Positions 1-10,936 of a DNA stretch of 64,000 nucleotides are shown in pieces (the first letter of the stretch is position 1; the number at the start of each line of letters is the position of its first letter). Origin of the DNA: Bacteroidota bacterium (GTDB taxonomy: Bacteria; Bacteroidota; Bacteroidia; UKL13-3); the NCBI GenBank assembly GCA_027487835.1, contig JAIYCU010000020.1:10970-74969 (forward strand), given 5' to 3'. The notes under the pieces are model-generated. The model was not told the DNA's origin and searched no databases. It saw only the letters and a program-made list of their open reading frames with translations. A program made the position numbers and the translations under genes.

Positions 1-2
1 TT

Positions 3-1715
3 TATGATCCACTTTCTGGCGAATTAATATGTAATACTGGAGACGTAATTGCAGAAGAAATTGCTTCAAAAATTGAAGAATCTCCAATTGAAACAATTGA
101 AATTCGCTCAGTTTTAACTTGCGAAACTAGATATGGTGTTTGTACAAAATGTTACGGTAGAAGCATGTCTACTGGCAAACAATCAAACATTGGTGATTCA
201 GTTGGTGTAATTGCTGCTCAATCAATTGGTGAGCCAGGAACACAGTTAACTCTTCGTACTTTCCACGTGGGTGGTACCGCTTCTAATATTGCTACAGAAT
301 CTCAAATGATGGCTAAGTTTGGTGGTATTCTTGAGTTTGAAGAAATTCGTACTACTGAATTATTAGGTGAAGGAGAAAGTGAAACTGTTGTAATAGGTCG
401 TCAAGGTGAGGTTAGAATTTTAGATGATAAAACTAGAAATCCGATTGTTACAATCAATATTCCTTATGGTGCACACCTTAAAGTTAAAGATGGTAAGAAA
501 GTAGAAAAAGGTGATTTAATCTTTTCTTGGGATCCATACAATGCGGTAATTATTTCAGAGTTCAATGGTAAAGTTGCATTTGAAAATATTATCGAAAATG
601 TAAACTTCAAGGAAGAAAGTGATGAACAAACTGGTCACAAAGAAAAGGTAATCGTTGAGAGTCGTGATAAAACTAAAATCCCTTCTATCATCATCACTGG
701 TGAAGGCAAGGATAAGGCTATTAAGGAATACAACTTACCGGTAGGCGCCCATATCATTATTGAAGAAGGTCATAAGATTAAGGCAGGTAATATTATTGCA
801 AAGATTCCTCGTGTGGTTGGAAAAACCCGAGATATCACCGGTGGTTTACCACGTGTAACAGAATTATTTGAAGCACGTAATCCATCTAATCCAGCAATTG
901 TAACTGAAATTGATGGTGTAGTAACATTTGGAGGTATTAAACGTGGTAATCGTGAAATAATGATTACTTCAAAAGATGGCGAGCAAAAGAAATACTTAGT
1001 GCCACTTTCTAAGCACATCCTTGTGCAAGAAAATGACTTCGTAAAAGCAGGTTCACCATTATCTGATGGTTCTATTTCACCACAAGATATTTTGCGTATT
1101 GAAGGTCCTTTGGCTGTTCAACGTTATATCTTGAATGGTATCATGGAGGTTTACCGTTTACAAGGGGTAAAAATCAATGATAAGCACGTAGAAACCATTA
1201 TACGTCAAATGATGAAACACATTGAAGTGGTAGATCCAGGTGATACAACTTTCTTAGAAGGAGAGTTTGTAAGTCGTTGGGATTTGAAACAAGCAAATGA
1301 TTGGATTTTTGACAAGAAGGTTGTAATTGAAGCGGGTGATTCTGCTACTGTTAAACCTGGTATGATCATAAGTGTACGTAAATTACGCGACGAAAACTCT
1401 ATGTTGAAACGTAAGGATATGCGTTTAGTAGAAGTTAGAGATGCGCAATCTGCTACAGTTACACAAATTATCATGGGTATTACCAAAGCCAGTTTAGGTA
1501 CACATAGCTTTATGAGTGCTGCTTCTTTCCAAGAAACTACAAAAGTTTTAAATGAAGCTGCTATCTCTGGTAAAGTAGATAGAATGTTAGGATTGAAAGA
1601 AAACGTTATTGTTGGACATTTAATTCCTGCAGGTACTGGTATGAGAGATTACGAAAAACTAATCGTAGGTTCTAAAGAAGAGTATGAAGCATTAATGGCT
1701 TCGAAAGAAGATTAG
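3..1715 (+). CDS. rpoC: DNA-directed RNA polymerase beta' subunit, C-terminal part (5' end outside window)
   Basis: Frame open from position 3 (..[19 protein letters not shown]..); [60 protein letters not shown] motifs. Confidence 0.99.
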   Translation, partial: YDPLSGELICNTGDVIAEEIASKIEESPIETIEIRSVLTCETRYGVCTKCYGRSMSTGKQSNIGDSVGVIAAQSIGEPGTQLTLRTFHVGGTASNIATESQMMAKFGGILEFEEIRTTELLGEGESETVVIGRQGEVRILDDKTRNPIVTINIPYGAHLKVKDGKKVEKGDLIFSWDPYNAVIISEFNGKVAFENIIENVNFKEESDEQTGHKEKVIVESRDKTKIPSIIITGEGKDKAIKEYNLPVGAHIIIEEGHKIKAGNIIAKIPRVVGKTRDITGGLPRVTELFEARNPSNPAIVTEIDGVVTFGGIKRGNREIMITSKDGEQKKYLVPLSKHILVQENDFVKAGSPLSDGSISPQDILRIEGPLAVQRYILNGIMEVYRLQGVKINDKHVETIIRQMMKHIEVVDPGDTTFLEGEFVSRWDLKQANDWIFDKKVVIEAGDSATVKPGMIISVRKLRDENSMLKRKDMRLVEVRDAQSATVTQIIMGITKASLGTHSFMSAASFQETTKVLNEAAISGKVDRMLGLKENVIVGHLIPAGTGMRDYEKLIVGSKEEYEALMASKED

Positions 1716-1738
1716 ATTCCAATGAATTTGTAAGAATT

Positions 1739-1771
1739 AAGGCCTTCATAGCAATATGAGGGCCTTTTTTT
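1739..1771 (+). terminator. Rho-independent terminator after rpoC
   Basis: aaggccttcata-gcaa-tatgagggcctt hairpin followed by T run. Confidence 0.85.
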
Positions 1772-1784
1772 GTTAATATTGAGG

Positions 1785-2822
1785 ATGAAATTAACGCAGT
1801 ATTCGCACGCCTCGGGATGTGGTTGTAAAATGGCGCCTGCCGATTTAGAGAAGTTGCTGAAGGATAAGAAAATTGGAAGTTTTGATTCTTTGTTAGTAGG
1901 TAATCAAGCAAATGATGATGCGGCTGTTTGGGATTTAGGGCAAGGTAGTGCTTTGGTTAGCACGGTTGACTTCTTTATGCCTATTGTAGATGATCCATTT
2001 GATTTTGGACGTATTGCTGCAACCAATGCAATTAGTGATGTTTATGCCATGGGTGCTAAACCCATTTTTGCGAATGCAATTTTAGGTTGGCCTATTGATT
2101 TATTGCCTATAGAATTAGCCGCTAAAGTTTTGGAAGGAGCCCAACAAATCTGCGCCAAAGCTGGTATTCCGTTGGCAGGGGGACATAGCATTGATAGCAA
2201 AGAACCTATTTTTGGATTGGCAGTAAATGGATTGGTTCAAACCGAAAAAATAAAAAGAAATAGCACCCCACAAATAGGTGATTATTTATTGCTTACAAAA
2301 CCTATTGGAACAGGCATTATTGGAACTGCCATTAGAAGAGGAATGGAAAAGGAAAATCATGCGCAAATAGCCATAGAAGAAATGTGCAAACTCAATAGTA
2401 TTGGGGCCGACTTAGCAAATATTAAAGGCGTAAATGCTTTAACTGATGTTACTGGCTTTGGCTTGCTTGGTCACCTAATTGAGATGTGCGGAGAACAAGT
2501 AAGTGCAGAATTATATACTGATAGAATACCTCATTTTAATTTTTTACAAACTTATTTAGACCAAAATATTATTCCCGATAACACTTACCGCAATTGGAAT
2601 GCCTGGGATAAAAAAGTAGATGGTACTTTAGATATGAAATGGTTTCAATTGCTAAACGACCCTCAAACTTCTGGCGGACTTTTAATTGCTGTTTCCGAAT
2701 TAGATTATGAGGCTGTTAAGTTAGTTATGTTAGCGCAAGGCCTCGAGGATTTTATTCTGCCAATTGGGAGATTTATAGAAAGAAATTTGACTGCTGTATC
2801 TGTAAAAACATCGGCTTACTAG
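1785..2822 (+). CDS. selD: Selenide, water dikinase (selenophosphate synthetase), Cys form
   Basis: N-terminal LTQYSHASGCGCK, DDAAV, TVDFFMPIVDDPFDFGRIAATNAISDVYAMG, TDVTGFGLLGH, DPQTSGGLL; ATG at 1785 preferred over TTG at 1770. Confidence 0.97.
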   Translation: MKLTQYSHASGCGCKMAPADLEKLLKDKKIGSFDSLLVGNQANDDAAVWDLGQGSALVSTVDFFMPIVDDPFDFGRIAATNAISDVYAMGAKPIFANAILGWPIDLLPIELAAKVLEGAQQICAKAGIPLAGGHSIDSKEPIFGLAVNGLVQTEKIKRNSTPQIGDYLLLTKPIGTGIIGTAIRRGMEKENHAQIAIEEMCKLNSIGADLANIKGVNALTDVTGFGLLGHLIEMCGEQVSAELYTDRIPHFNFLQTYLDQNIIPDNTYRNWNAWDKKVDGTLDMKWFQLLNDPQTSGGLLIAVSELDYEAVKLVMLAQGLEDFILPIGRFIERNLTAVSVKTSAY

Positions 2823-2897
2823 TTTGATACTTATTTCATAAAATGGGTACTAGCAATTTCATGTTAATTATTGCATTTATTTTTTTAATTTAGTCAT

Positions 2898-4766
2898 ATG
2901 TTTAAGAACCTATCATTCATCGCAGCATTGTTTCTTTATATCGGTTTGAACCAAACACTCTTGGCTCAAACCGAAAACAACAATGGCCTTACGTACACAA
3001 CAATTTCTAGGGTTACGGCAAAAGGTGCAACCGTAAACCTAGCAGATTTACCAATGCTGCCAGATGCAAAAATCATAAGTATTCATCCGCAGGTGGTAAA
3101 CGATCCAGTTAAACTTAAGAAATTGCAGTTAGATGCACAAAGGAAAAATAGGGTTCATCATAAATCTTTGCAAAAAAAGGCTGGTCCTTTAGCGCCTATT
3201 ATTGGTAGAAATTACACAGGTAATGTTACCCAAGGTACGCCAAATGACAATGATATGGCGGTTGGAAATAATGGAATGTTAGTGAGTGTAGTGAATCAAA
3301 ATATGAATGTTTATAATGATACTGGCAGGTATGTAATTGGTAGAACATTAGCCTCATTAGGCGCAGCCATTGGGCCGCTTAACAGAACATTTGATCCGCG
3401 TGCTATTTACGACCCAGAGCAAGACAGGTTTATAGTTGTGTTTTTGCAAGGAAGCACAAGTGAAGATACTAGAATTATTGTTGCCTTTTCAGAAACTAAT
3501 GATCCTTCTAAAACTTGGAATTTGTACGCTGTGCCTGGTAATTTTGTAGGGGATAGCAGTTGGAGTGATTATCCCATAATTTCCTTATCAAAAGATGAAT
3601 TATTTATTACCGTGAACCGCCTTAAAGATAATACTTCTTGGCAAGAAGGTTTTATGGAATCTTATATTTGGCAAATTGATAAAATGGCAGGTTTTTCGGG
3701 TGATTCCATGCCTCAACAAGTGTATCAAAATATTAAGTACAATGGTAAGCCTGTATGGAGCATTTGCCCGGTTAAAGGGGGCTCTAAATTATATGGTCCA
3801 GTTAGTTATTTTTTATCACAGCGTCCCTCTGATTTAAGTAATGATACTTTATTCATTCACGCCATAAGCAATAACTTAAAGTCAGGTGTGGCCAAACTTG
3901 AATTAAAAGTTGCAAAAGCGCCTTTGGACTATGGCTTACAGCCAAATGCAATCATGCCTAATGGCAAAAAGCTACAAACCAATGATGCGCGCGTTTTGAG
4001 TGCCATGTATGAAAATGGTGTTATCTATTATGTGGGTAATACCATTGATTTTAACTTATTTTCTCCAGCAGTTTATTTTGGAAGGGTGCACGAGGCTTGG
4101 ACAAATTCACCACGTATAGAAAGTACAATCATTTCTTCTGATACCTTAGACTTTGGCTATCCAAGTATTGCTTACGTGGGCACTGGACAAAATGGTGACC
4201 ACCGAAGCATGATAACTTTTTCTCATGTTTCACCTACGCAATTTCCGGGTACTTCTGTAGTATATGTGGATAGAGATTTTAAGGTATCTGCGCCTACTTT
4301 TGTAAAACGAGGAGAGGGCAACGTGCGCTTGTTAAACGATAGTGTAGAAAGATGGGGAGATTATACAGGAATTCAAAGAAAGTATAATGAGCTTGGAGTA
4401 GCATGGCTTAATGGCTCTTGGGGCAATGCAAATGGGCAAAATAGAACTTGGATAAGCAGGGTTAGTGCCAATGATCCAAGTTTAGGAACTACAAAATTAG
4501 CTGCATCCATTGAAGCTAAATTATACCCTAATCCAGCAGAAGAGCAAGTGTCTTTTGAGTTTGAAAGTTTACAAAAACAATTACTTACCATCTCTATCTT
4601 GGATATGAAGTCGGGCATTCAAACAGCAGTATCTGTTGAGCAAGCTAAACCTGGTTTAAACAAATTGTTGTTAGATGTGAGCCAAATGAGTAATGGCATT
4701 TATGTAATAATTTTAAGCAATGAAAAGGGTAATATTAGTAGTCATAAGTTTGTGGTGCAGCATTAG
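2898..4766 (+). CDS. Secreted T9SS type A sorting domain protein, function unknown
   Basis: Signal peptide ending LLAQ; RWGDY motif; C-terminal LYPNPA...GIY...HKFVVQH CTD. Confidence 0.85.
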   Translation: MFKNLSFIAALFLYIGLNQTLLAQTENNNGLTYTTISRVTAKGATVNLADLPMLPDAKIISIHPQVVNDPVKLKKLQLDAQRKNRVHHKSLQKKAGPLAPIIGRNYTGNVTQGTPNDNDMAVGNNGMLVSVVNQNMNVYNDTGRYVIGRTLASLGAAIGPLNRTFDPRAIYDPEQDRFIVVFLQGSTSEDTRIIVAFSETNDPSKTWNLYAVPGNFVGDSSWSDYPIISLSKDELFITVNRLKDNTSWQEGFMESYIWQIDKMAGFSGDSMPQQVYQNIKYNGKPVWSICPVKGGSKLYGPVSYFLSQRPSDLSNDTLFIHAISNNLKSGVAKLELKVAKAPLDYGLQPNAIMPNGKKLQTNDARVLSAMYENGVIYYVGNTIDFNLFSPAVYFGRVHEAWTNSPRIESTIISSDTLDFGYPSIAYVGTGQNGDHRSMITFSHVSPTQFPGTSVVYVDRDFKVSAPTFVKRGEGNVRLLNDSVERWGDYTGIQRKYNELGVAWLNGSWGNANGQNRTWISRVSANDPSLGTTKLAASIEAKLYPNPAEEQVSFEFESLQKQLLTISILDMKSGIQTAVSVEQAKPGLNKLLLDVSQMSNGIYVIILSNEKGNISSHKFVVQH

Positions 4767-4914
4767 TTTATTACTGTCAGCTTGCAGTGCTAGCAAAGAT
4801 GCCACCGCAGAAAAGGAAGCCACTATTCAAAATCCAGTACCTCTTACAGAATTGCAAACAGACAGTTTGAAAAATTATTTAGATAGGGAAAGACTGCGCC
4901 GCAAACAGCCTTAA
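4720..4914 (+). CDS. Small putative lipoprotein (64 aa)
   Basis: MKR + hydrophobic stretch + LSAC lipobox; fills the gap to the convergent waaA; overlaps upstream gene by 47 nt. Confidence 0.6.
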   Translation: MKRVILVVISLWCSISLLLSACSASKDATAEKEATIQNPVPLTELQTDSLKNYLDRERLRRKQP

Positions 4915-4915
4915 T

Positions 4916-6205
4916 TTAAAGGCTAATATGAATTTGAATCCAATTAAGTATAATTTGGGTAGCACCACGTTTAGATTGAATCCATTGTCTGCTATTTAAA
5001 CTTTTATTTGCCATTATGATGGCTTCCATTTCGTAAAAGTCTATCCACGCTTTTAAAGCTTTCGAATCATTAACGGTTTGCGCTAGGTCTAATGAAACCA
5101 TTTCTTTTGCTTCTGGAAATCTTCCAATTTTTGGGCCAAAACAAATTGGCATGCCAAAGCTTGCCGCTTCTAAAATATTGTGTAATCCATTTTCTTTAAA
5201 GCCACCGCCAATAAAGGCAATATCTGCATATTGGTACAAGTTTGCCAGCCAACCAATCCTATCAATCACTAATACTTTTTTATCGTTATGGGCAGCAGGA
5301 TTTGCTAATAAATCAGTTAACGAAACGGAGTTGGGTTCAAACCGAGTTAAGATTTCATTTATTCGAGAAGCTGTAGTAAAATGAGGGGCAATAATTAGTT
5401 TTCGGTTTGAACCAAAAGGTGCATTGGCTTCTATTAATAATTGTTCTTCGATGGAATAGCTACTGCCTGTTAAGAGCAGGAAGTTATTGTCTTTAAATGC
5501 TTCAATTACTGGTATAGAAATGGCTTGTTCTATGTGCTGGCTTACCCTGTCGAAACGCGTATCGCCGCTTACCATACATTGGGTATATCCAATTGAATTT
5601 AATAAATCTACTGATGTTTGGTTTTGACAAAAAATGAAATTAAAGTATTTTAATAAGTTTCTTTGAAAAGTAGCATTTTTTTTAAAAAAGCGTTGTTTTG
5701 GTCTAAACGATGCTGAAATCAAAATTACTGGGATATCTTGTTTCTTTAGGGCGTCTAGGTATTGATACCATAAATCGTACTTTACAAAAACTGCTATTTT
5801 GGGGTTGAGGCAGGCAATTACTTTTTGTGCTATTGTTTTAGATTCAAATGGGAGGTAGTATACATTTCGGGTAAGGTCATTTTCTTTTCTTGCCAAATAG
5901 CCCGAGGGAGAAAAAAAGGTAACAACTAATTTGTAGTTTGGGTGTTTTTTCTGCAAGGCTTCCATGATAGGTTTGCCTTGTTCAAACTCGCCAAGCGAAC
6001 TAACATGAAACCATATGGAATTTAAGTGGGAGTTAGCTGAATCGGCCTGCATAGCACTAAGTGCGTTTTTCTGTCCATTCCACAGCGCCGCGGCCCTTTG
6101 GTGAAAAGGAGCCAGACACCTTAGCAATAAGAAATAAGCGCGCGTAGATAAAAGGTAAATTAATTGACCGAAGACAAAGGAAATTTTATCTAAATTGAAA
6201 TTCAT
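4916..6205 (-). CDS. waaA: 3-deoxy-D-manno-octulosonic acid (Kdo) transferase
   Basis: IWFHVSSLGEFEQG, TFFSPSGY, YLPF, GDTRFDRV, GGGF..GLHNILEAA. Confidence 0.95.
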   Translation of the reverse strand: MNFNLDKISFVFGQLIYLLSTRAYFLLLRCLAPFHQRAAALWNGQKNALSAMQADSANSHLNSIWFHVSSLGEFEQGKPIMEALQKKHPNYKLVVTFFSPSGYLARKENDLTRNVYYLPFESKTIAQKVIACLNPKIAVFVKYDLWYQYLDALKKQDIPVILISASFRPKQRFFKKNATFQRNLLKYFNFIFCQNQTSVDLLNSIGYTQCMVSGDTRFDRVSQHIEQAISIPVIEAFKDNNFLLLTGSSYSIEEQLLIEANAPFGSNRKLIIAPHFTTASRINEILTRFEPNSVSLTDLLANPAAHNDKKVLVIDRIGWLANLYQYADIAFIGGGFKENGLHNILEAASFGMPICFGPKIGRFPEAKEMVSLDLAQTVNDSKALKAWIDFYEMEAIIMANKSLNSRQWIQSKRGATQIILNWIQIHISL

Positions 6206-6953
6206 TTTGCTCTTTGGTATTCAAATAAATTGGAATGGTCCATCCAAACCTAAAAGAGGTTGTGAAATCTAAGTGACGGGCTTTATCAAATTGTTCGGTA
6301 TCATAATTAAAACCTCTTCTATTGTAGGTGAGTGCTTGTGTAAAATCTAAGCCAATAAAAAGGTTTATATATCTATTTTGACTATGGTACATATACCCAA
6401 TGAATTGGTTAAAAGCAATTCCTGATGAAAATCGGTCGTAGCCCTTTCGGTAGTCTGAATCAATAGGAGGGGCATTCCCTTCTTGTGATTGAAAGTTAAT
6501 GCGATGATTGAGCAATCCTATTCCTCCCAATAAAAGAATGCCAGTATTCATATTAAACTTTTTAACCCCAAATAATCTACCTCCTTTTACAAAGGTTGAA
6601 ATGCCTCTCATATTCACAGAATAGTTGGCAGGAAATCCATCCGTATTAGAAATATAATTGCCGCTTGTAACTAATTGGTTGAGGATAGTCTCTTCTTTAA
6701 TTTTCATCCCAAATAAATAGTTAAACTCATAGGCCAATACCCAATTATTTTTAGATTTTAGCATACCTCCAAAACCAACAGAGCTAAAATTCCCAAAACG
6801 TTCTCCAATCCTGCCCCCAGGAATGTGGTAATTATATAAAAATTGTAAGTCGACTAATTTATTACTAAACAAGTATTTATCCTGAGCATAGCCCGAGAAG
6901 CTTGTGAATATTGAGAGTAAAATAAGAATTGTCTTGAAAATAAAAGTCTTCAT
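6186..6953 (-). CDS. Hypothetical outer-membrane beta-barrel-like protein
   Basis: Signal peptide (GYAQ), alternating aromatic/Gly beta-strand pattern. Confidence 0.6.
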   Translation of the reverse strand: MKTFIFKTILILLSIFTSFSGYAQDKYLFSNKLVDLQFLYNYHIPGGRIGERFGNFSSVGFGGMLKSKNNWVLAYEFNYLFGMKIKEETILNQLVTSGNYISNTDGFPANYSVNMRGISTFVKGGRLFGVKKFNMNTGILLLGGIGLLNHRINFQSQEGNAPPIDSDYRKGYDRFSSGIAFNQFIGYMYHSQNRYINLFIGLDFTQALTYNRRGFNYDTEQFDKARHLDFTTSFRFGWTIPIYLNTKEQNEFQFR

Positions 6954-7068
6954 GTATAGGCAAATATGGGAATTTCCTGAGCAATTTCGAAAAAAAAGCG
7001 CTTAATGATATTATTCATAAAAGAATATCTAATGATTTTATATTTTCGCTACAATAAATTTAAAGCTT

Positions 7069-8394
7069 ATGAAGATAGTTGTTATTGGAACTGGTTACGT
7101 TGGATTAGTAACTGGAACATGCTTTGCCGAAGTAGGTATTGATGTTATTTGCGTGGATATTGATACCAAGAAAATAGAAAATCTTAAGAATGGCATTATG
7201 CCAATTTATGAGCCCGGGCTAGAAGAAATGGTGCTCAGAAATTATGAGAAAGGCCGTCTTAATTTTTCAAGTAACTTAGGTGAAAGTATCAAAGAAGCAG
7301 ATGTAGCATTTATTGCCGTTGGTACCCCTCCCGGCGAAGATGGTTCTGCAGATTTAAAATATGTAATTGGCGTAGCAAAAGAAATTGGTGCCAATATTGA
7401 TGATTATATAGTTGTCGTTACAAAAAGCACAGTACCTGTTGGTACAGCAGCAAAGGTTCGAAATGCAGTACAAGATGAACTTACTAAGCGCAACCTTGGT
7501 TTAGAATTTGATGTGGCTTCTAACCCAGAATTCTTAAAAGAAGGTGCAGCGATAGAGGATTTCTTAAAACCAGATAGAATTGTGGTAGGCGTAGAAACCA
7601 AAAAGGCTGAAGATGTAATGCGCAGACTTTATAAGCCATTCTTGTTAAATGGTCATCCAATTATTTTTATGGATGTTCCAAGCTCTGAAATGACAAAATA
7701 TGCTGCAAATGCAATGTTAGCAACTAAGATTTCATTTATGAATGATATTGCAAACCTTTGTGAAATTATGGGTGCCGATGTTAACTTGGTTAGAAAAGGG
7801 ATTGGAAGCGATCCTCGTATTGGCAATAGATTTATTTACCCCGGTATTGGTTATGGTGGTTCATGTTTTCCTAAAGATGTTAAAGCATTAATTCGCACAG
7901 CGAGAGAAAATGGACACGAAATGCGAATTTTGCAAGCAGTAGAAGATGTTAATGATGACCAAAAAAGTGTATTGTTCGACAAAATAAGCAAGCACTTTAA
8001 AGGCGACCTTAAAGGTAAAAACTTTGCTATGTGGGGATTATCATTTAAGCCAAAAACAGATGATATGCGTGAGGCTCCATCTTTGGTAATTATAGAAAAG
8101 CTATTAGGAGCTGGTGCCTCGGTAAACGCATACGACCCAGTGGCAATGCATGAAGCTAAAAAAGAATTAGGTGAGCAAATTGAATATAGCAAAGATCCTA
8201 ACGATTCTTTAGTGGATGCTGATGCGCTTCTAATTGTTACAGAATGGCCAGAATTTAGAACGCCAAACTTTAAAGTGATGGGCAAGCTTATGAAAAGTAA
8301 GGTTGTATTTGATGGCAGAAACATCTATGATCTTGAAGAAATGAAAGAACATGGTTTTGATTACTATTGCATAGGAATTAACACCAATAAATAA
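7069..8394 (+). CDS. ugd: UDP-glucose 6-dehydrogenase
   Basis: GTGYVGL Rossmann motif, KSTVPVGT, SNPEFLKEG, GYGGSCFPKD. Confidence 0.97.
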   Translation: MKIVVIGTGYVGLVTGTCFAEVGIDVICVDIDTKKIENLKNGIMPIYEPGLEEMVLRNYEKGRLNFSSNLGESIKEADVAFIAVGTPPGEDGSADLKYVIGVAKEIGANIDDYIVVVTKSTVPVGTAAKVRNAVQDELTKRNLGLEFDVASNPEFLKEGAAIEDFLKPDRIVVGVETKKAEDVMRRLYKPFLLNGHPIIFMDVPSSEMTKYAANAMLATKISFMNDIANLCEIMGADVNLVRKGIGSDPRIGNRFIYPGIGYGGSCFPKDVKALIRTARENGHEMRILQAVEDVNDDQKSVLFDKISKHFKGDLKGKNFAMWGLSFKPKTDDMREAPSLVIIEKLLGAGASVNAYDPVAMHEAKKELGEQIEYSKDPNDSLVDADALLIVTEWPEFRTPNFKVMGKLMKSKVVFDGRNIYDLEEMKEHGFDYYCIGINTNK

Positions 8395-8400
8395 TTAGTA

Positions 8401-9378
8401 ATGACTAAAAAACGCGTATTAGTTACCGGTGCAGCCGGGTTTTTAGGTTCACACCTATGCGATAGATTTATTGCAGAAGGCTACGATGTAGTAGGCATGG
8501 ATAACTTAATTACGGGTGATTTAAAAAACATTGAACACCTTTTTAAATTAAAGGAGTTTGAATTTTATAATCATGATGTAAGCAAGTTTATACATGTGCC
8601 AGGTAACCTAGATTATATTCTTCACTTTGCCTCACCTGCAAGTCCGATTGATTATTTGAAAATTCCTATCCAAACCCTTAAGGTAGGTTCTTTAGGCATT
8701 CATAATTGTTTAGGATTAGCTAGGGTGAAGAAAGCAAGGGTTTTGATTGCCTCTACTAGTGAAGTTTATGGCGATCCAATGGTGCACCCTCAAACGGAAG
8801 AGTATTGGGGAAATGTTAATCCTGTTGGGCCACGTGGGGTTTATGATGAAGCCAAACGTTTTCAAGAAGCAATGACCATGGCCTATCATACTTATCATGG
8901 AGTAGAAACTAGGATTGTTAGAATATTTAATACCTATGGACCCCGCATGCGTCTAAATGATGGAAGAGTACTTCCTGCATTTATTGGACAAGCATTAAGA
9001 GGCGAAGACTTAACCATGTTTGGCGATGGTAGCCAAACACGCAGTTTCTGCTATGTGGATGATTTAGTAGAAGGTATTTTTAGGTTATTACATAGCAATT
9101 ATGCATCGCCAGTTAATATTGGTAATCCAGATGAAATTACTATAAAGGAATTTGGCGAAGAAATTATCAAGCTAACAGGCACTTCTCAAAAATTGGTTTC
9201 AAAGCCATTGCCAAAAGACGATCCAAAGCAAAGAAAACCGGATATTACCTTGGCCAAAAAGTTATTGGATTGGGAACCTAAAGTAAACAGAGCTGATGGT
9301 CTAAAAATAACTTATGATTATTTTAAGACATTGAGTTCTGAAGAATTGCAAAAAACTGCTTATCATCGCTTCGAATAA
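8401..9378 (+). CDS. UDP-glucuronic acid decarboxylase (UDP-xylose synthase family)
   Basis: [42 protein letters not shown]. Confidence 0.92.
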   Translation: MTKKRVLVTGAAGFLGSHLCDRFIAEGYDVVGMDNLITGDLKNIEHLFKLKEFEFYNHDVSKFIHVPGNLDYILHFASPASPIDYLKIPIQTLKVGSLGIHNCLGLARVKKARVLIASTSEVYGDPMVHPQTEEYWGNVNPVGPRGVYDEAKRFQEAMTMAYHTYHGVETRIVRIFNTYGPRMRLNDGRVLPAFIGQALRGEDLTMFGDGSQTRSFCYVDDLVEGIFRLLHSNYASPVNIGNPDEITIKEFGEEIIKLTGTSQKLVSKPLPKDDPKQRKPDITLAKKLLDWEPKVNRADGLKITYDYFKTLSSEELQKTAYHRFE

Positions 9379-9397
9379 ATTAACACATAAATAACCA

Positions 9398-9943
9398 ATG
9401 AAAAAACTACTGTTATTAGTTTCAATTATCTCTTTCACATTATTATCTTCTTGCAGCAAAACCGATGATACGCCAACAGATACAGGCAACAACGGCGGAG
9501 GAGGAACGCCAACTACCACTTATTTCTTTAAATGTAAAGTAAATGGAGTAGAAAGAAGCTTTAAGGCTTTTACCCTTGCAAAAGATGATACCATCAATCC
9601 CAATTATATTATTTTGGTTGCATATGCAAATGAAAATAATACCCAGCCGCCATTTTTCACAATTACTATGGCTAATAAGTCGCCAGGTTGGGTAAAAGGA
9701 TTAACTTATAATTTTAATGAAACAGAGCAAAGTAGCACTGCAAATTTTACGGATGAAGGTAATTTCAATTATAAAAGTTTAAATACACCCGGAAATGGTG
9801 GTTTAACGTTAACTTTTACAGATTTTGATGTTAACAAAGGTGGCAAAGTGGGTGGTATATTTTCTGGCAACTTACAACTTGAAGAAAATACAAATACAGT
9901 TATCATAACTGATGGAACTTTTTTAGTTAAAATGTTTAACTAA
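9398..9943 (+). CDS. Hypothetical lipoprotein
   Basis: MKK + hydrophobic + LSSC lipobox, followed by a KTDD export-signal-like stretch and a G/T linker. Confidence 0.8.
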   Translation: MKKLLLLVSIISFTLLSSCSKTDDTPTDTGNNGGGGTPTTTYFFKCKVNGVERSFKAFTLAKDDTINPNYIILVAYANENNTQPPFFTITMANKSPGWVKGLTYNFNETEQSSTANFTDEGNFNYKSLNTPGNGGLTLTFTDFDVNKGGKVGGIFSGNLQLEENTNTVIITDGTFLVKMFN

Positions 9944-9961
9944 CTTTTTTTTAAAAACTAA

Positions 9962-10918
9962 TTAATTGGGGAGTTCAGCAGGGCTGAATTCCCCAATTTT
10001 TTTTAGGTTCAATACAGTTGCGCTACCATCTGCCGAGCGCGTAAACATAGGAATAAATTTTGCGCCCCAAACAATTTCACTGGCCGTATAACTATGGCGG
10101 GTATGAACTACTTGAGAATAGGTGTCATCAAAGGCTTTAAACATTACTATTATTTCTGCTTTCATGTCTTCCAAATCTTGTTTTGTAAGGCCTGTTAATG
10201 GACTTTCTTCATTAATTGGATGCACAACGGTCCAGCTTAATGAGAGGGCATTTACTTTACTATATTCAAGGCTTAAGTTGATGAATCTGCGCATATTAGA
10301 TTCTTTGTCTAAGTAATTAAATAGCAAAGTTACCTCACATTCTATTAATTGATTTTTTCTGCCATTTGCAATTCTAAACATCAAGGCAGTCATGTTTTGA
10401 AAAGGCGCAATAATTGCGTTAGGACTATAAATTAACCTGGCCTGTGGCCTTGAGAATCTTCCATAAAGTAAACCTGTAATAAAGGCAAAACTTAATAAAC
10501 CAAAAAGTGCTTCAAATGATGCAATAATATCTGAGGCATTGCCAATGGGATTAATTCTGCCATAACCAACAGTGGTTAAGGTTTGTGCACTAAACGCACT
10601 TACTTCAATAAATTTGGTGAGGGTGTTGGATGTTTCTAAACCCGTTAATTGGTTCAAACCAACCAAATAGTAGGAAAGAGAAAATATCAAGTTAACCACT
10701 ATGAAAAAAGTAATGATTAGCCAAATGAATTGAGACCAACTCATGCTAATTAATTGATGGTATAAACTGATTCGTTCAAAAAATGACTGACCAATTCTTT
10801 CCACATTAAAATTACCATCTTTGCCAAGTAATCGGTCGCCTTGGTTATTTGCAGAGTTGCCAAAGCCCGTATATTTATCAAAGTTAAATCGTTTTTGAAA
10901 CTCGGTAAATTTAGACAT
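9962..10918 (-). CDS. Inward rectifier potassium channel (KirBac-like)
   Basis: FSAQTLTTVGYG selectivity filter, RFSRP, WTVVHPINEESPL. Confidence 0.93.
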   Translation of the reverse strand: MSKFTEFQKRFNFDKYTGFGNSANNQGDRLLGKDGNFNVERIGQSFFERISLYHQLISMSWSQFIWLIITFFIVVNLIFSLSYYLVGLNQLTGLETSNTLTKFIEVSAFSAQTLTTVGYGRINPIGNASDIIASFEALFGLLSFAFITGLLYGRFSRPQARLIYSPNAIIAPFQNMTALMFRIANGRKNQLIECEVTLLFNYLDKESNMRRFINLSLEYSKVNALSLSWTVVHPINEESPLTGLTKQDLEDMKAEIIVMFKAFDDTYSQVVHTRHSYTASEIVWGAKFIPMFTRSADGSATVLNLKKIGEFSPAELPN

Positions 10919-10936
10919 GCTGTTGAATTATTAAGA

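Noticed and set aside
1785..1835. Selenocysteine (TGA) in SelD active site
   Set aside because: Codons are TGT-GGT-TGT (Cys-Gly-Cys); no in-frame TGA
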